Origin: a virus
Lineage: Duplodnaviria; Caudoviricetes
IMG/VR virus record: IMGVR_UViG_3300046327_000110
Coordinates: 1-30,519 of that record
Length of the DNA stretch: 30,519 nt
Strand: one strand, 5' to 3'
Below, one piece after another: positions 1-8,242 of this stretch. How positions within the stretch are numbered: position 1 is the stretch's first letter; each line of letters begins with the position of its first letter. The notes under the pieces were generated by a model that worked only from the letters and a program-made list of their open reading frames with translations, was not told the DNA's origin and did not search any database. Both the position numbers and the translations under genes were made by a program.

Positions 1-56
1 TTGTGAAGAAAAAAGGTAAGAAAACGAGAAAAGTTCGCTCTAATAAGTTATTATAA
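1..56 (+). CDS. 3' end of an upstream gene (partial), lysine-rich C-terminus
   Basis: Frame starting at 3 reads VKKKGKKTRKVRSNKLL then TAA (54-56); too short to be certain. Confidence 0.4.
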   Translation, partial: VKKKGKKTRKVRSNKLL

Positions 57-262
57 TTGGTACAACTACGTAATAACATTTCTTATTCTTTATTATTATT
101 AATATAATAACTATAACAATATAATAGTACCAAGCCCGCCCACCACCCCTTAATTATAATTGAAATATTGAAAAGTCAATAGCCATTTGACAAAAAAGTT
201 AAAATAACAAATTAGTTATAGTTAAGAATAAGAAATTATAATTAATGTACAATAATTAATAA
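48..262. repeat. Imperfect long inverted repeat around a GC-rich core; candidate origin or regulatory element
   Basis: ATTTCTTATTCTT (78-90) is the reverse complement of 224-236; TAACTATAAC (108-117) of 215-224; looser outer arms around GTACA. Core GCCCGCCCACCACCCC at 134-149; inner GTCAA-N7-TTGAC at 175-191. Confidence 0.6.
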
Positions 263-267
263 AGAAA

Positions 268-711
268 ATGACAAACACTACATGGAAAAATCTACCAGAA
301 GATTACAGCAACATTTTCGGTTTCGTTTACATAATAAAATGCAATCACCCAAATGCAATTAAAAAATACTACATAGGATGTAAACAATGTCAAAAAAGAA
401 TTAAGAAAAAACCACTAAAAGGTAATACCAGAAATAGAATACAATACAAAGATAATGATGTTGAAAAATATTGGGGATCTTCTAAAGAATTATTAACAGA
501 TATTGAAAAATATGGTATAGAACATTTCACTAGAGAAGTAATACAATTATGTGACTCTAAGTTTGACATGAAATATTCAGAATTACAATTTCAATTATTA
601 TCAAATTCATTACTTGATGAAAGGTTCTATAATGGGATAATCAATATCCGTCTTTGTTCTCCAAAAAATTACATTGACAAACCACGATCCATTGATATGT
701 TGGGCTTATGA
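268..711 (+). CDS. GIY-YIG endonuclease (Seg-like, catalytic domain only)
   Basis: FGFVYIIKC...KYYIGCKQ motif, YWGSS, FTREVI, catalytic E in KYSELQ, and FYNG near the C-terminus. Confidence 0.8.
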   Translation: MTNTTWKNLPEDYSNIFGFVYIIKCNHPNAIKKYYIGCKQCQKRIKKKPLKGNTRNRIQYKDNDVEKYWGSSKELLTDIEKYGIEHFTREVIQLCDSKFDMKYSELQFQLLSNSLLDERFYNGIINIRLCSPKNYIDKPRSIDMLGL

Positions 712-1202
712 TTCGGATCTCACAATACAATAGTTACATTTTTGATGATTTGGAATTAATTTTCAAACAAACAAATATGCAATTTTATAGTTACAGTTTA
801 GAAATTGGTATGGAAATAAATTTATCAAATAAAAATCAAAAAACTATATACACTCATTTTTTTATAAAACAATTATGTCAAAGAATCCAAACAATTAAAG
901 AAAAGGTAATATTTTTTATTAATGAATTTTCCTTATGTGAAATACATAAACAAATAATTAAAAAAATAAAAAAAATCTTTGGATTTAGAATATGGATAGC
1001 ACCGTATTCGTTGAATGTTTTCCGACAATTGTTATCAGAAAAGGATTCTAAGGTAGTGGAAGAATTTGAATTATTTCTAAATGTGGACAGATCCCTAAAA
1101 TCATTTAGACAAATTAAGAAATATCTTGAAAAGGAAGGATTTACCAACTTATCAGATTCCTATTTCCAAGATATAACAAATAAAATGTTAATTGTGTGTT
1201 AA
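708..1202 (+). CDS. hypothetical protein
   Basis: 164-aa ORF, ATGA overlap with the preceding gene; no recognised motif. Confidence 0.65.
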   Translation: MIRISQYNSYIFDDLELIFKQTNMQFYSYSLEIGMEINLSNKNQKTIYTHFFIKQLCQRIQTIKEKVIFFINEFSLCEIHKQIIKKIKKIFGFRIWIAPYSLNVFRQLLSEKDSKVVEEFELFLNVDRSLKSFRQIKKYLEKEGFTNLSDSYFQDITNKMLIVC

Positions 1203-1903
1203 AATAAAGGTTTTATTTCGGCTGCACTTACATGAGATGATCCTTGTATTTCCGATAACGCTGTTAATCGGAAATATCTTCCCTGTTTTCTGGATTTATT
1301 ATTGTATAATATCTTTTCAGAATTATTATATAGGGTAAATTCCCCTTTAAATGCCAATCCCCAATTAATTTTATCATTACTTACATGAATCTGATATTTT
1401 CTAAGATGGTTTAAATTAGTAGTTACACCCTGTTTAGGAAGATACGACCAACCTTTAATAGATTTAATAGATCCTAAATCTATTATTAAAATATAGGGAA
1501 ATTTAGAAGATGGGTCTACTATATTAGTAGACCAATAGGTTGTAGGGATTCCATCAATAGCAAAAATAGGTTCATATCCTCTTAACGTAGAATTACAATC
1601 CACGATTCCATATCCAGATTGGGATAGTGGATATGGAATCGTTACTGAATTGGATAATAATGATTCCAATTCAAAAGTATTATAAGCGGTTACAGCATAT
1701 ATTGTTCCCCCATAAGTTGATATTGTAGCTGAATTAAATTCAGTTACTAATACCAATGTTCTTGTGTTGGTGATATCATACAATTTATATCCACTTATAT
1801 TAGTTTCAGGATTATAATCCCATTGTAATATCTTTTCCATAGGATTAGCAAAAGAAAACGATAGCATGGTTAAGTAAATTATCAATGTTAAAAACACTTC
1901 CAT
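1199..1903 (-). CDS. Exported FN3-like + discoidin (F5/8 type C, CBM32-like) protein
   Basis: Hydrophobic N-terminus ending SFA; FN3-like LQWDYNPETNISGYKLY...YAVTAYNTFELES; discoidin motifs AIDGIPTTYWS, LIIDLG, YQIHVSND..NW, GRYFRLTALSE, AAEI. Confidence 0.8.
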   Translation of the reverse strand: MEVFLTLIIYLTMLSFSFANPMEKILQWDYNPETNISGYKLYDITNTRTLVLVTEFNSATISTYGGTIYAVTAYNTFELESLLSNSVTIPYPLSQSGYGIVDCNSTLRGYEPIFAIDGIPTTYWSTNIVDPSSKFPYILIIDLGSIKSIKGWSYLPKQGVTTNLNHLRKYQIHVSNDKINWGLAFKGEFTLYNNSEKILYNNKSRKQGRYFRLTALSEIQGSSHVSAAEIKPLF

Positions 1904-1908
1904 ACTGA

Positions 1909-1914
1909 TATTTA
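1909..1914 (-). promoter_or_regulatory. T4-type late promoter core TAAATA
   Basis: 5 nt upstream of the minus-strand ATG at 1903. Confidence 0.65.
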
Positions 1915-1945
1915 ATATCTTTCAATATAAATCACTAATATGAGA

Positions 1946-1951
1946 TAAATA
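1946..1951 (+). promoter_or_regulatory. T4-type late promoter core TAAATA
   Basis: 5 nt upstream of ATG 1957; divergent from 1909-1914. Confidence 0.65.
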
Positions 1952-1956
1952 ACAAT

Positions 1957-2397
1957 ATGAGCAAGTTTTTAAACTTATGTGAGGAGTTTGATCCCAAAAA
2001 TACTAGTGATCCCAAGTGGGAATTGATTGATTTTCTCAAATCAAAGGGAATTAATGTATCATTGGTAAGAAATACGGACATGTTATATGTTGATACTGGA
2101 TCACAAACCATTGCTATCACAGTTTCACAACCGGAAGAAGAAGCTGAAAGTATTAATGCTGGAACCGGAACCTATGAAGTTGATCAAGAAGTGGAAAATC
2201 TTGGAAATAAAGCCAATAGTGGACTAAGGGGATTAGCTGCAAAAGCTTGGGGAACACCCGCGCAAAAAGCTAAAACTGCGGTAAAAGACAGACAACGAGT
2301 TGCTGGGCAAGCAGTCGATGCTTATGAAAAAGGAACCCAAAGAATTCAAAAGGGTCTTCAAGCAGTAAAACAATCAGCCATTAAACAAACTTATTAA
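1957..2397 (+). CDS. hypothetical protein, candidate internal head protein
   Basis: Late promoter; N-terminus MSKFLNLCEE resembles a capsid-targeting peptide; acidic middle, basic helical C-terminus. Confidence 0.65.
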   Translation: MSKFLNLCEEFDPKNTSDPKWELIDFLKSKGINVSLVRNTDMLYVDTGSQTIAITVSQPEEEAESINAGTGTYEVDQEVENLGNKANSGLRGLAAKAWGTPAQKAKTAVKDRQRVAGQAVDAYEKGTQRIQKGLQAVKQSAIKQTY

Positions 2398-2398
2398 T

Positions 2399-2779
2399 AT
2401 GGAATCAAAAACACTTAAACTAATAGATAACTATCTAAAAATCATAGCAGAACAGGGAGAAGACCCCTCCATGCAACAAGAACAGCCAATGGAACAACCA
2501 CAAGACGTTCAGGATGCTGTTGATCCAAATGCGGGATCAACTGAAGATGAAACCATGCCATTAACATCCCAAGGAGAAGATAAATACATTGCCGATTTAA
2601 TTGATGCTGCATTATTTGAGCCTTCTTCTGAAGAAGCGACAACCCTTTTAAATCTACAAAACGTCATGCAAATGAAGAGATTTAAAAATGCCAGAGAAGA
2701 AGTTTTACCTTTACTGTTGTCAATTATATCCTCGGAAACACAAGCAGGAGATATTAAAAAAGATTTAAGTAGCATTTAA
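2399..2779 (+). CDS. hypothetical protein, candidate internal head protein
   Basis: N-terminal ...YLKIIAEQ followed by a Q/P/E/D-rich linker and a helical C-terminal domain. Confidence 0.65.
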   Translation: MESKTLKLIDNYLKIIAEQGEDPSMQQEQPMEQPQDVQDAVDPNAGSTEDETMPLTSQGEDKYIADLIDAALFEPSSEEATTLLNLQNVMQMKRFKNAREEVLPLLLSIISSETQAGDIKKDLSSI

Positions 2780-2780
2780 T

Positions 2781-2786
2781 TAAATA
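2781..2786 (+). promoter_or_regulatory. T4-type late promoter core TAAATA
   Basis: 5 nt upstream of ATG 2792. Confidence 0.65.
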
Positions 2787-2791
2787 AAGAT

Positions 2792-3190
2792 ATGAGAAGT
2801 TTTAGAAAGAGAGAAAGTCAATTGATGTGGGAACGCTATGTCGATCCATATACAGTAACTCAAACCCCAGAAGATCAAGAAATGGATATGGTTACTGATG
2901 ATCCTATGTTGGGAAACGAGGATGAATCAATGGCAGTATTAGAATTAGACACTGGATCAGATCTTGAAACTAGTGAGGGTTGTAATGAAGTGATCTATTC
3001 CGATATTAAAAAACTCGCGGAGTATTCCCAAAGGATTCTTGATATATGTAAAGAAACCGAATTGGAACCTTGGATGCAAGCAAAACTCGTAAAGGCATCC
3101 GATTATGTTTCCGATATATGGCACAGACTTGATGCTGGCACAGACTTTGCAAATACAGGATTTGAACAATCCGATAATATTTCCCTTTAA
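2792..3190 (+). CDS. conserved large-myophage hypothetical protein
   Basis: Contains LEPWMQAKLVKASDYVSDIWH, a motif I recall from T4-like and jumbo phage proteins of unknown function; acidic N-terminal half. Confidence 0.7.
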   Translation: MRSFRKRESQLMWERYVDPYTVTQTPEDQEMDMVTDDPMLGNEDESMAVLELDTGSDLETSEGCNEVIYSDIKKLAEYSQRILDICKETELEPWMQAKLVKASDYVSDIWHRLDAGTDFANTGFEQSDNISL

Positions 3191-3193
3191 TGA

Positions 3194-3628
3194 ATGAGAA
3201 GTTTCACACAATATTTCGTAGAAAAAACCATATTAGGTCTTGAAGAAACTATCTATATCGATGGGGTTGGACAATTACGCGCAAAATTAGACACTGGAAA
3301 TGGAGCATTTAATGTATTACATGGAGAAGATATTCAACAAGATGGAGAAATGGTACGTTTTACTACAGAAAATGGTGTGGTCTTGGAGAAACCTATTTCT
3401 GATCATATCACGATCAATCTAGGTGCAGGAAACAAGGAAGACCGTCCAGTAGTTTTACTAAATGTGAAAGTGGGTGATAAGATTTTTAGACAAATTCCAT
3501 TTTCCATAGGAAATAGATCAGAAAACAGTCATAAGGTTTTAATTGGTAAAAACTTTATACAAAAAGAATTGGATGCATTAATTGATGTAAGTCTTTCCGA
3601 TGTGGCCAAACAGAATATAGAAGTATGA
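3194..3628 (+). CDS. Retropepsin-like aspartic peptidase (RimK-associated / RimB-like family)
   Basis: RAKLDTGN catalytic DTG motif; EDRPVV; FSIGNRSENSHKVLIGKNFI C-terminal signature. Confidence 0.85.
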   Translation: MRSFTQYFVEKTILGLEETIYIDGVGQLRAKLDTGNGAFNVLHGEDIQQDGEMVRFTTENGVVLEKPISDHITINLGAGNKEDRPVVLLNVKVGDKIFRQIPFSIGNRSENSHKVLIGKNFIQKELDALIDVSLSDVAKQNIEV

Positions 3629-4194
3629 AACAATTATCACAACAGGAATTATTAAATGAAAAGTTTTGGGATTTTTTCAAACCTTCAAAAAGCCCTATTT
3701 TAAAAGGAATGGGTAAAGTAGCTAAAATGGGTTCTGGTGCTTTCATGGGTGCGACCAAGGGCATAGCTAAAGCTTTGGAGTATGTTGCACCTGAAATTAC
3801 ACAACCATTACATAGATTTGAAGCGGGTATGAGAGATATTGGTGATGCCACCAGAAGAGGGTATGATGTTGGATATGGGGGACTGAAAAAGGAATATGGA
3901 GATATTCTTTTGGATGCTGGATATGTAATTGATGATAATATTGGAATAGTTGGTTCAGGTAAAAACAAAGTAGCGGTTGGTTATAGAATTATTGGTAAAG
4001 ATGGAAATGGAAAACCAATTCCTGATCTTAGTAAACAACTTAGTTTCTTGATTGATAAGGATGCTAATGTTAAGATTATTAAAACTTCAGCACAAGACAC
4101 TTCATCCATAGGTAATGTTACCCCACCAACATTTAAAAAGGCTAAATCTAAGAAACAGAAGATGAATAAGCCCAAAGTAGTAAAAACTCCTTGA
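3625..4194 (+). CDS. hypothetical protein, candidate internal head protein
   Basis: N-terminus MKQLSQQELLNE, Gly/Ala-rich amphipathic segment, lysine-rich tail; ATGA-coupled. Confidence 0.65.
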   Translation: MKQLSQQELLNEKFWDFFKPSKSPILKGMGKVAKMGSGAFMGATKGIAKALEYVAPEITQPLHRFEAGMRDIGDATRRGYDVGYGGLKKEYGDILLDAGYVIDDNIGIVGSGKNKVAVGYRIIGKDGNGKPIPDLSKQLSFLIDKDANVKIIKTSAQDTSSIGNVTPPTFKKAKSKKQKMNKPKVVKTP

Positions 4195-4218
4195 CAAGTT
4201 ATAATCAAGTGATACATT
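4191..4218 (+). promoter_or_regulatory. sigma70-type promoter
   Basis: TTGACA (4191-4196)-N16-TACATT (4213-4218) with extended TGn; ATG 4225 follows after 6 nt. Confidence 0.6.
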
Positions 4219-4224
4219 ATTGGT

Positions 4225-4599
4225 ATGGATATATCAATAGTAACACAATCAGATAAAAATTTTAGAATCCTTCAAACCAATTTTGGGGAAAGAACAGTCT
4301 TACCAAATGAAGAAACTGTAAAGGTTGAAGATAAAACAGATACCGAACTTCTCATAAAAAATGAGAGTAAATTAAAGGAAGATAATCTGATTAAATCTAA
4401 AAAACTTGGCGATGTGTATATCGCAACAGACGGAGAGCGTTCAGCTATTGGAAAAACTAAAGAAGATGCCGTTGAGGGTGTAAAAGAAGCCCAAGAAACT
4501 ACATCAAATGCCGCTCCCTTGGAAAATTCAAGTAAAGGACACCCATTTGATCCATTTGGTGGAACCTCTTGGGAGGGTAAAGGAAACAACTTCAATTAA
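4225..4599 (+). CDS. hypothetical protein (probably early)
   Basis: 124-aa charged ORF directly behind a sigma70-type promoter. Confidence 0.65.
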   Translation: MDISIVTQSDKNFRILQTNFGERTVLPNEETVKVEDKTDTELLIKNESKLKEDNLIKSKKLGDVYIATDGERSAIGKTKEDAVEGVKEAQETTSNAAPLENSSKGHPFDPFGGTSWEGKGNNFN

Positions 4600-5333
4600 A
4601 CACTCAAAACCTGAGTGATATGTTTCAATAATGGGGATCTAACGATATCAGATACGTCAAATTTTTGACAATGTATATTGTTTTTACTTGAAAAAGGAGT
4701 ATTAAATAATTTATATACCTCCTCAAATCCCGAATTAGATATATCCTTTTGTTTGGAGTCCCCACAAATTATATATTTCGTGTTTCTTCCAAATCTGGTT
4801 AAAATAGTTGTTAATTCTGATCGTGTAGCGTTTTGAGCCTCATCAAAAATAACAAGGGAGTTGTTAAATGTGAGTCCCCTTGCAAAGTTTACAGGAATTG
4901 CCTTTATATATTCTTGTTCGGTTAATGACATAAATGTTAATTTATCTATTATTTCTAAACATTTTTCATTTAAAACCATAGTGTAAGCTGCAAATTTCTC
5001 ATTTTCATCTCCTTTGAGATATCCCATTGATCTGGAAGCACTTTCAATCACAGTTCTAATATATATAATTTTATCTACTTTTCTATCCTTTAATAATTCT
5101 AAAGCAGTATAAACAGCAAGATAACTCTTTGCAGAACCAGCAGGACCATCAAGAAATATCATATTTGTCTTCTCTCCCTGAGACAAATAGTAGAATGACG
5201 TTTGATTGTCGGTTAATGGAAATTGTTTTTTTAATGTTATACTAGAACAGTCGAAATTCTTTTTGTATGTTGTTTTGAATTCATCAGTTATATCCAACTC
5301 TTTCCTCTTACGAGGTGCGCGTTTTGTTGTCAT
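4596..5333 (-). CDS. phoH: PhoH-family ATPase
   Basis: GPAGSAKS Walker A variant, MGYLKGD, RGLTF, IFDEAQN, LTRFG, CGDSKQKD, DIVRS. Confidence 0.93.
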   Translation of the reverse strand: MTTKRAPRKRKELDITDEFKTTYKKNFDCSSITLKKQFPLTDNQTSFYYLSQGEKTNMIFLDGPAGSAKSYLAVYTALELLKDRKVDKIIYIRTVIESASRSMGYLKGDENEKFAAYTMVLNEKCLEIIDKLTFMSLTEQEYIKAIPVNFARGLTFNNSLVIFDEAQNATRSELTTILTRFGRNTKYIICGDSKQKDISNSGFEEVYKLFNTPFSSKNNIHCQKFDVSDIVRSPLLKHITQVLSV

Positions 5334-5340
5334 TCATTAT

Positions 5341-5346
5341 TATTTA
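5341..5346 (-). promoter_or_regulatory. T4-type late promoter core TAAATA
   Basis: 7 nt upstream of the phoH ATG at 5333. Confidence 0.55.
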
Positions 5347-5361
5347 ATCAAATTTATCCAA

Positions 5362-5391
5362 TTGACAAATTAAAATAAGATGGTATATATT
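5362..5391 (+). promoter_or_regulatory. sigma70-type promoter
   Basis: TTGACA (5362-5367)-N18-TATATT (5386-5391); ATG 5397 follows after 5 nt; heads the long coupled plus-strand operon. Confidence 0.6.
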
Positions 5392-5396
5392 ATTTT

Positions 5397-6125
5397 ATGA
5401 GAATAGCATTTTCTGGAGCAGCAGGGGTTGGAAAAACTACATTAATATCTAAGTTTAAAGAGAGGTGGCCAATGTATTGGTCGTCAGCGAAAACATATAG
5501 AGATGTGATCAAGGAGAATAATTTAAGTCATTCCTCCAATACTAATGATGAAACCCAATTAATAATTCTCAATTGGATGATGGAGACATTGAAGGATAAT
5601 TCTCATATAAAGCACTCTGTATATGACAGATGCCCACTAGATAATTTAGTATATACCTTACAAGGAAATGCATTAGGAAAGATCAGTGATCAAACAACTG
5701 CCGCTACAATATCCTTTGTGAAGGAATCCATGAAAGATTTGGATATTATCTTCTGGATAAAACATAATCCCGCTATAAAAATAGTAAAAGATGATTTAAG
5801 AGATGTGAATGAGGAATATATCAAACAAACCGATCAAATTTTCCAAGGATTATTTGATCAATATATGGAAAATCTGGAATATGATGTGTTTTTTCCTAAA
5901 GATGACTGTCCCGCCTTTATTTGTATTGATAACAGTTTTCTTACTATTGATGATAGATTGATGTTTATAGGAGAATTTATCGATTATAAAGGGGATCTAA
6001 TCGAAGGTGATAGTATTTTAGACCCCGATAACTTGGAAGTTTTAGAACAAATGGTTAAAGATCAGGAACGAGAAGTTGAAAACGAGGATAGAATCAATAA
6101 AATTGTAAATGAATTTAAAAAATGA
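5397..6125 (+). CDS. P-loop NTPase / nucleotide-kinase-like protein (AAA_28-like)
   Basis: IAFSGAAGVGKTT at the N-terminus and VYDRCPLD, typical of the deoxynucleoside/nucleotide kinase-like fold. Confidence 0.8.
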   Translation: MRIAFSGAAGVGKTTLISKFKERWPMYWSSAKTYRDVIKENNLSHSSNTNDETQLIILNWMMETLKDNSHIKHSVYDRCPLDNLVYTLQGNALGKISDQTTAATISFVKESMKDLDIIFWIKHNPAIKIVKDDLRDVNEEYIKQTDQIFQGLFDQYMENLEYDVFFPKDDCPAFICIDNSFLTIDDRLMFIGEFIDYKGDLIEGDSILDPDNLEVLEQMVKDQEREVENEDRINKIVNEFKK

Positions 6126-6712
6126 AACCCTTTACTGGATTTTATTATAAGTTAATATCGGAATCACCTTTACGCATAGGTGATGGTGATGATTATTATT
6201 ATAATAAAGAATTTGATGAATTGTCTTTAAAATATAAGGAAATTATTGAAAATCCTGAATCTTTTAAAAACGTGTTCACGTTTGATACGAATCCTCCATT
6301 ATTCTTATATGAAGAAAAAGATGGAAATGATGTTGTTTGTTGGGCGGTTCCGACAAACAACAATTTTGTATATGCTTATGTGGCTTATGAAATTCAACCA
6401 GATGGTGGAGTTATAACAACGTCAGTGTTTAACGATAGAAAATTTCCAGCGGTGGCTTACAGAATATATCAAGTTTACTTATTGAATAAATATAAGTATA
6501 TTATGTCCGATGGTAGACATACCGATAGGGGTGAGTCTTTTTGGAGAAAACATATTTATTCAGGGGTATCGGACTCCTCCAAGCGAGTATGTATATGGGA
6601 TAAATCAACTGATACTAAGGTTATGGATATAACCATTCCAAATCAAGTGAACCAGTTTTATTCTACCTATAAAGATTACGAAAAATTTAGAATTAAAATT
6701 GAAAATATATGA
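6122..6712 (+). CDS. hypothetical protein, possible GNAT-like fold with capsid-targeting-like N-terminus
   Basis: N-terminus MKPFTGFYYKLISE; C-terminal IMSDGRHTDRGESFWRK resembles phage GNAT-like proteins. Confidence 0.5.
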   Translation: MKPFTGFYYKLISESPLRIGDGDDYYYNKEFDELSLKYKEIIENPESFKNVFTFDTNPPLFLYEEKDGNDVVCWAVPTNNNFVYAYVAYEIQPDGGVITTSVFNDRKFPAVAYRIYQVYLLNKYKYIMSDGRHTDRGESFWRKHIYSGVSDSSKRVCIWDKSTDTKVMDITIPNQVNQFYSTYKDYEKFRIKIENI

Positions 6713-7545
6713 TTAAAGAGAAAGAAACCATTGGTGTTGGTATTGTCACCACCGGAACAAGAGTCGAGCAATTCAAAAAAGCTTTTGGTTTTTTTGCAGT
6801 TGTTCCAGATGAAGTTAAAGAATTGGTGGTAGTTATTGACGGACCAGACACCAACAATTTAAAAGAGTGGTGTTTTAAAACCATTAAAGGTAAGTATCGC
6901 TTAAATGTAATCATAAATGATGAAAATATTGGAGTTGGTAGATCTAAGAATAAACTCTTAAAACATCTAATGGATAAAGGATGTCAACATCTATTTTTAG
7001 TTGAGGATGATATCTACGTTAAGGTGAGTTCTGTTCTTAGAAAGTATATCGAAACATCTAAAATAACAGGAATCCAACATCTAAACTTTTCCCAACATGG
7101 CATGATGAATAAATCATGGCCGGGGGGTTCCCCCAATCCACGTATTATCATTGATTATGGTAAAGTGAAATTACCATTATATCCTCATTGTGTTGGAGCA
7201 TTTTCATATTATTCTAGAAAGTGTTTAGAAACAGTTGGTTATATAGATCAACGTTACTATAATGCATGTGAACATGTGGATCATACCTTAGAAGTTATTA
7301 AAAGGGGTATGCATCCTCCGTTTTGGTATTTCGCTGATATTGAAAATTCATGGGAATATTTAGGTGATGAAGAATGGTCTAGAGAAAAATCCACAATTTC
7401 ATCCAATCCCAACCACAATCAAATGATGCAAGATGCTGATGTTATTTTCAGAGAGAAGCATGGATGTGTTCCGGGTGAAGTTAAATTACTTGGAATTGAA
7501 GAAGTGGGTAAACAGTTAAAGGAAATAAAGAAAACTTATGAATGA
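6709..7545 (+). CDS. Glycosyltransferase, GT2-like (GT-A fold)
   Basis: IGVGIVT, VVVIDG, ENIGVGRSKN, FLVEDD, GYIDQRY, EHVDH. Confidence 0.85.
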   Translation: MIKEKETIGVGIVTTGTRVEQFKKAFGFFAVVPDEVKELVVVIDGPDTNNLKEWCFKTIKGKYRLNVIINDENIGVGRSKNKLLKHLMDKGCQHLFLVEDDIYVKVSSVLRKYIETSKITGIQHLNFSQHGMMNKSWPGGSPNPRIIIDYGKVKLPLYPHCVGAFSYYSRKCLETVGYIDQRYYNACEHVDHTLEVIKRGMHPPFWYFADIENSWEYLGDEEWSREKSTISSNPNHNQMMQDADVIFREKHGCVPGEVKLLGIEEVGKQLKEIKKTYE

Positions 7546-8242
7546 TTTATCTATTGTGGTTTGTAACCATGACACACCAAATCTGATCCATAATTTATTT
7601 ACTTCTATTACAAATTTATGTGTATATATTCCACAAGCTTTAGTAATAAGTACTGGAAAATTTCCTCTAATGGACCCACTTAAACCATTATCGAAGAATT
7701 ATTACCTACCACACACTTCTCATGGAGAAGCGGTCAACGAAGCATTCAAACTGGTGAAAACCAGATATATGTTATTGGTTGACTCAGATATATTATTTCT
7801 CAAAGATTTTTACGACCCCTATGAAAAATTTAAAGAGGGAGGATTTGCTTTAATGGGTGAAGTTGTTGGTGATCGTGGTGGTAAATCGTTATATCCAAGA
7901 GTAAATCCTTGGTTTTGTTTCATGGATTTGGAACAACTCAAAGATCATGATATTAAATTTTATGATCATTATAGAACTAAGATGTTGATATCTGAAAAAA
8001 TATATGATATTGGGTCAACTATGTTTGAAGATGTTATAAATGCTGGATTAACTGTTGCTGATGTTAGAATGGAAGAAAAATATTTCAAACATTACGAAGG
8101 TATGTCTTGGAGAGTTCAAAAATATGATCCAGATAATGGAGACACTGATATTGATATCGGTGGAACTCATGATAATAAAGCCTTATATGAATATGGACTT
8201 AAGGTTAGAGAACAGTATGAAAGGGACGTTGCGAATTTATGA
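7538..8242 (+). CDS. Glycosyltransferase, GT2-like
   Basis: LSIVVCNHDT, HGEAVN, TRYMLLVDSD (DxD motif). Confidence 0.8.
   Translation: MNDLSIVVCNHDTPNLIHNLFTSITNLCVYIPQALVISTGKFPLMDPLKPLSKNYYLPHTSHGEAVNEAFKLVKTRYMLLVDSDILFLKDFYDPYEKFKEGGFALMGEVVGDRGGKSLYPRVNPWFCFMDLEQLKDHDIKFYDHYRTKMLISEKIYDIGSTMFEDVINAGLTVADVRMEEKYFKHYEGMSWRVQKYDPDNGDTDIDIGGTHDNKALYEYGLKVREQYERDVANL

Noticed and set aside
134-149. Chi-site reading of GGTGGTGG on the minus strand
   Set aside because: Only one copy noticed and host unknown; kept only as part of the origin-like element.
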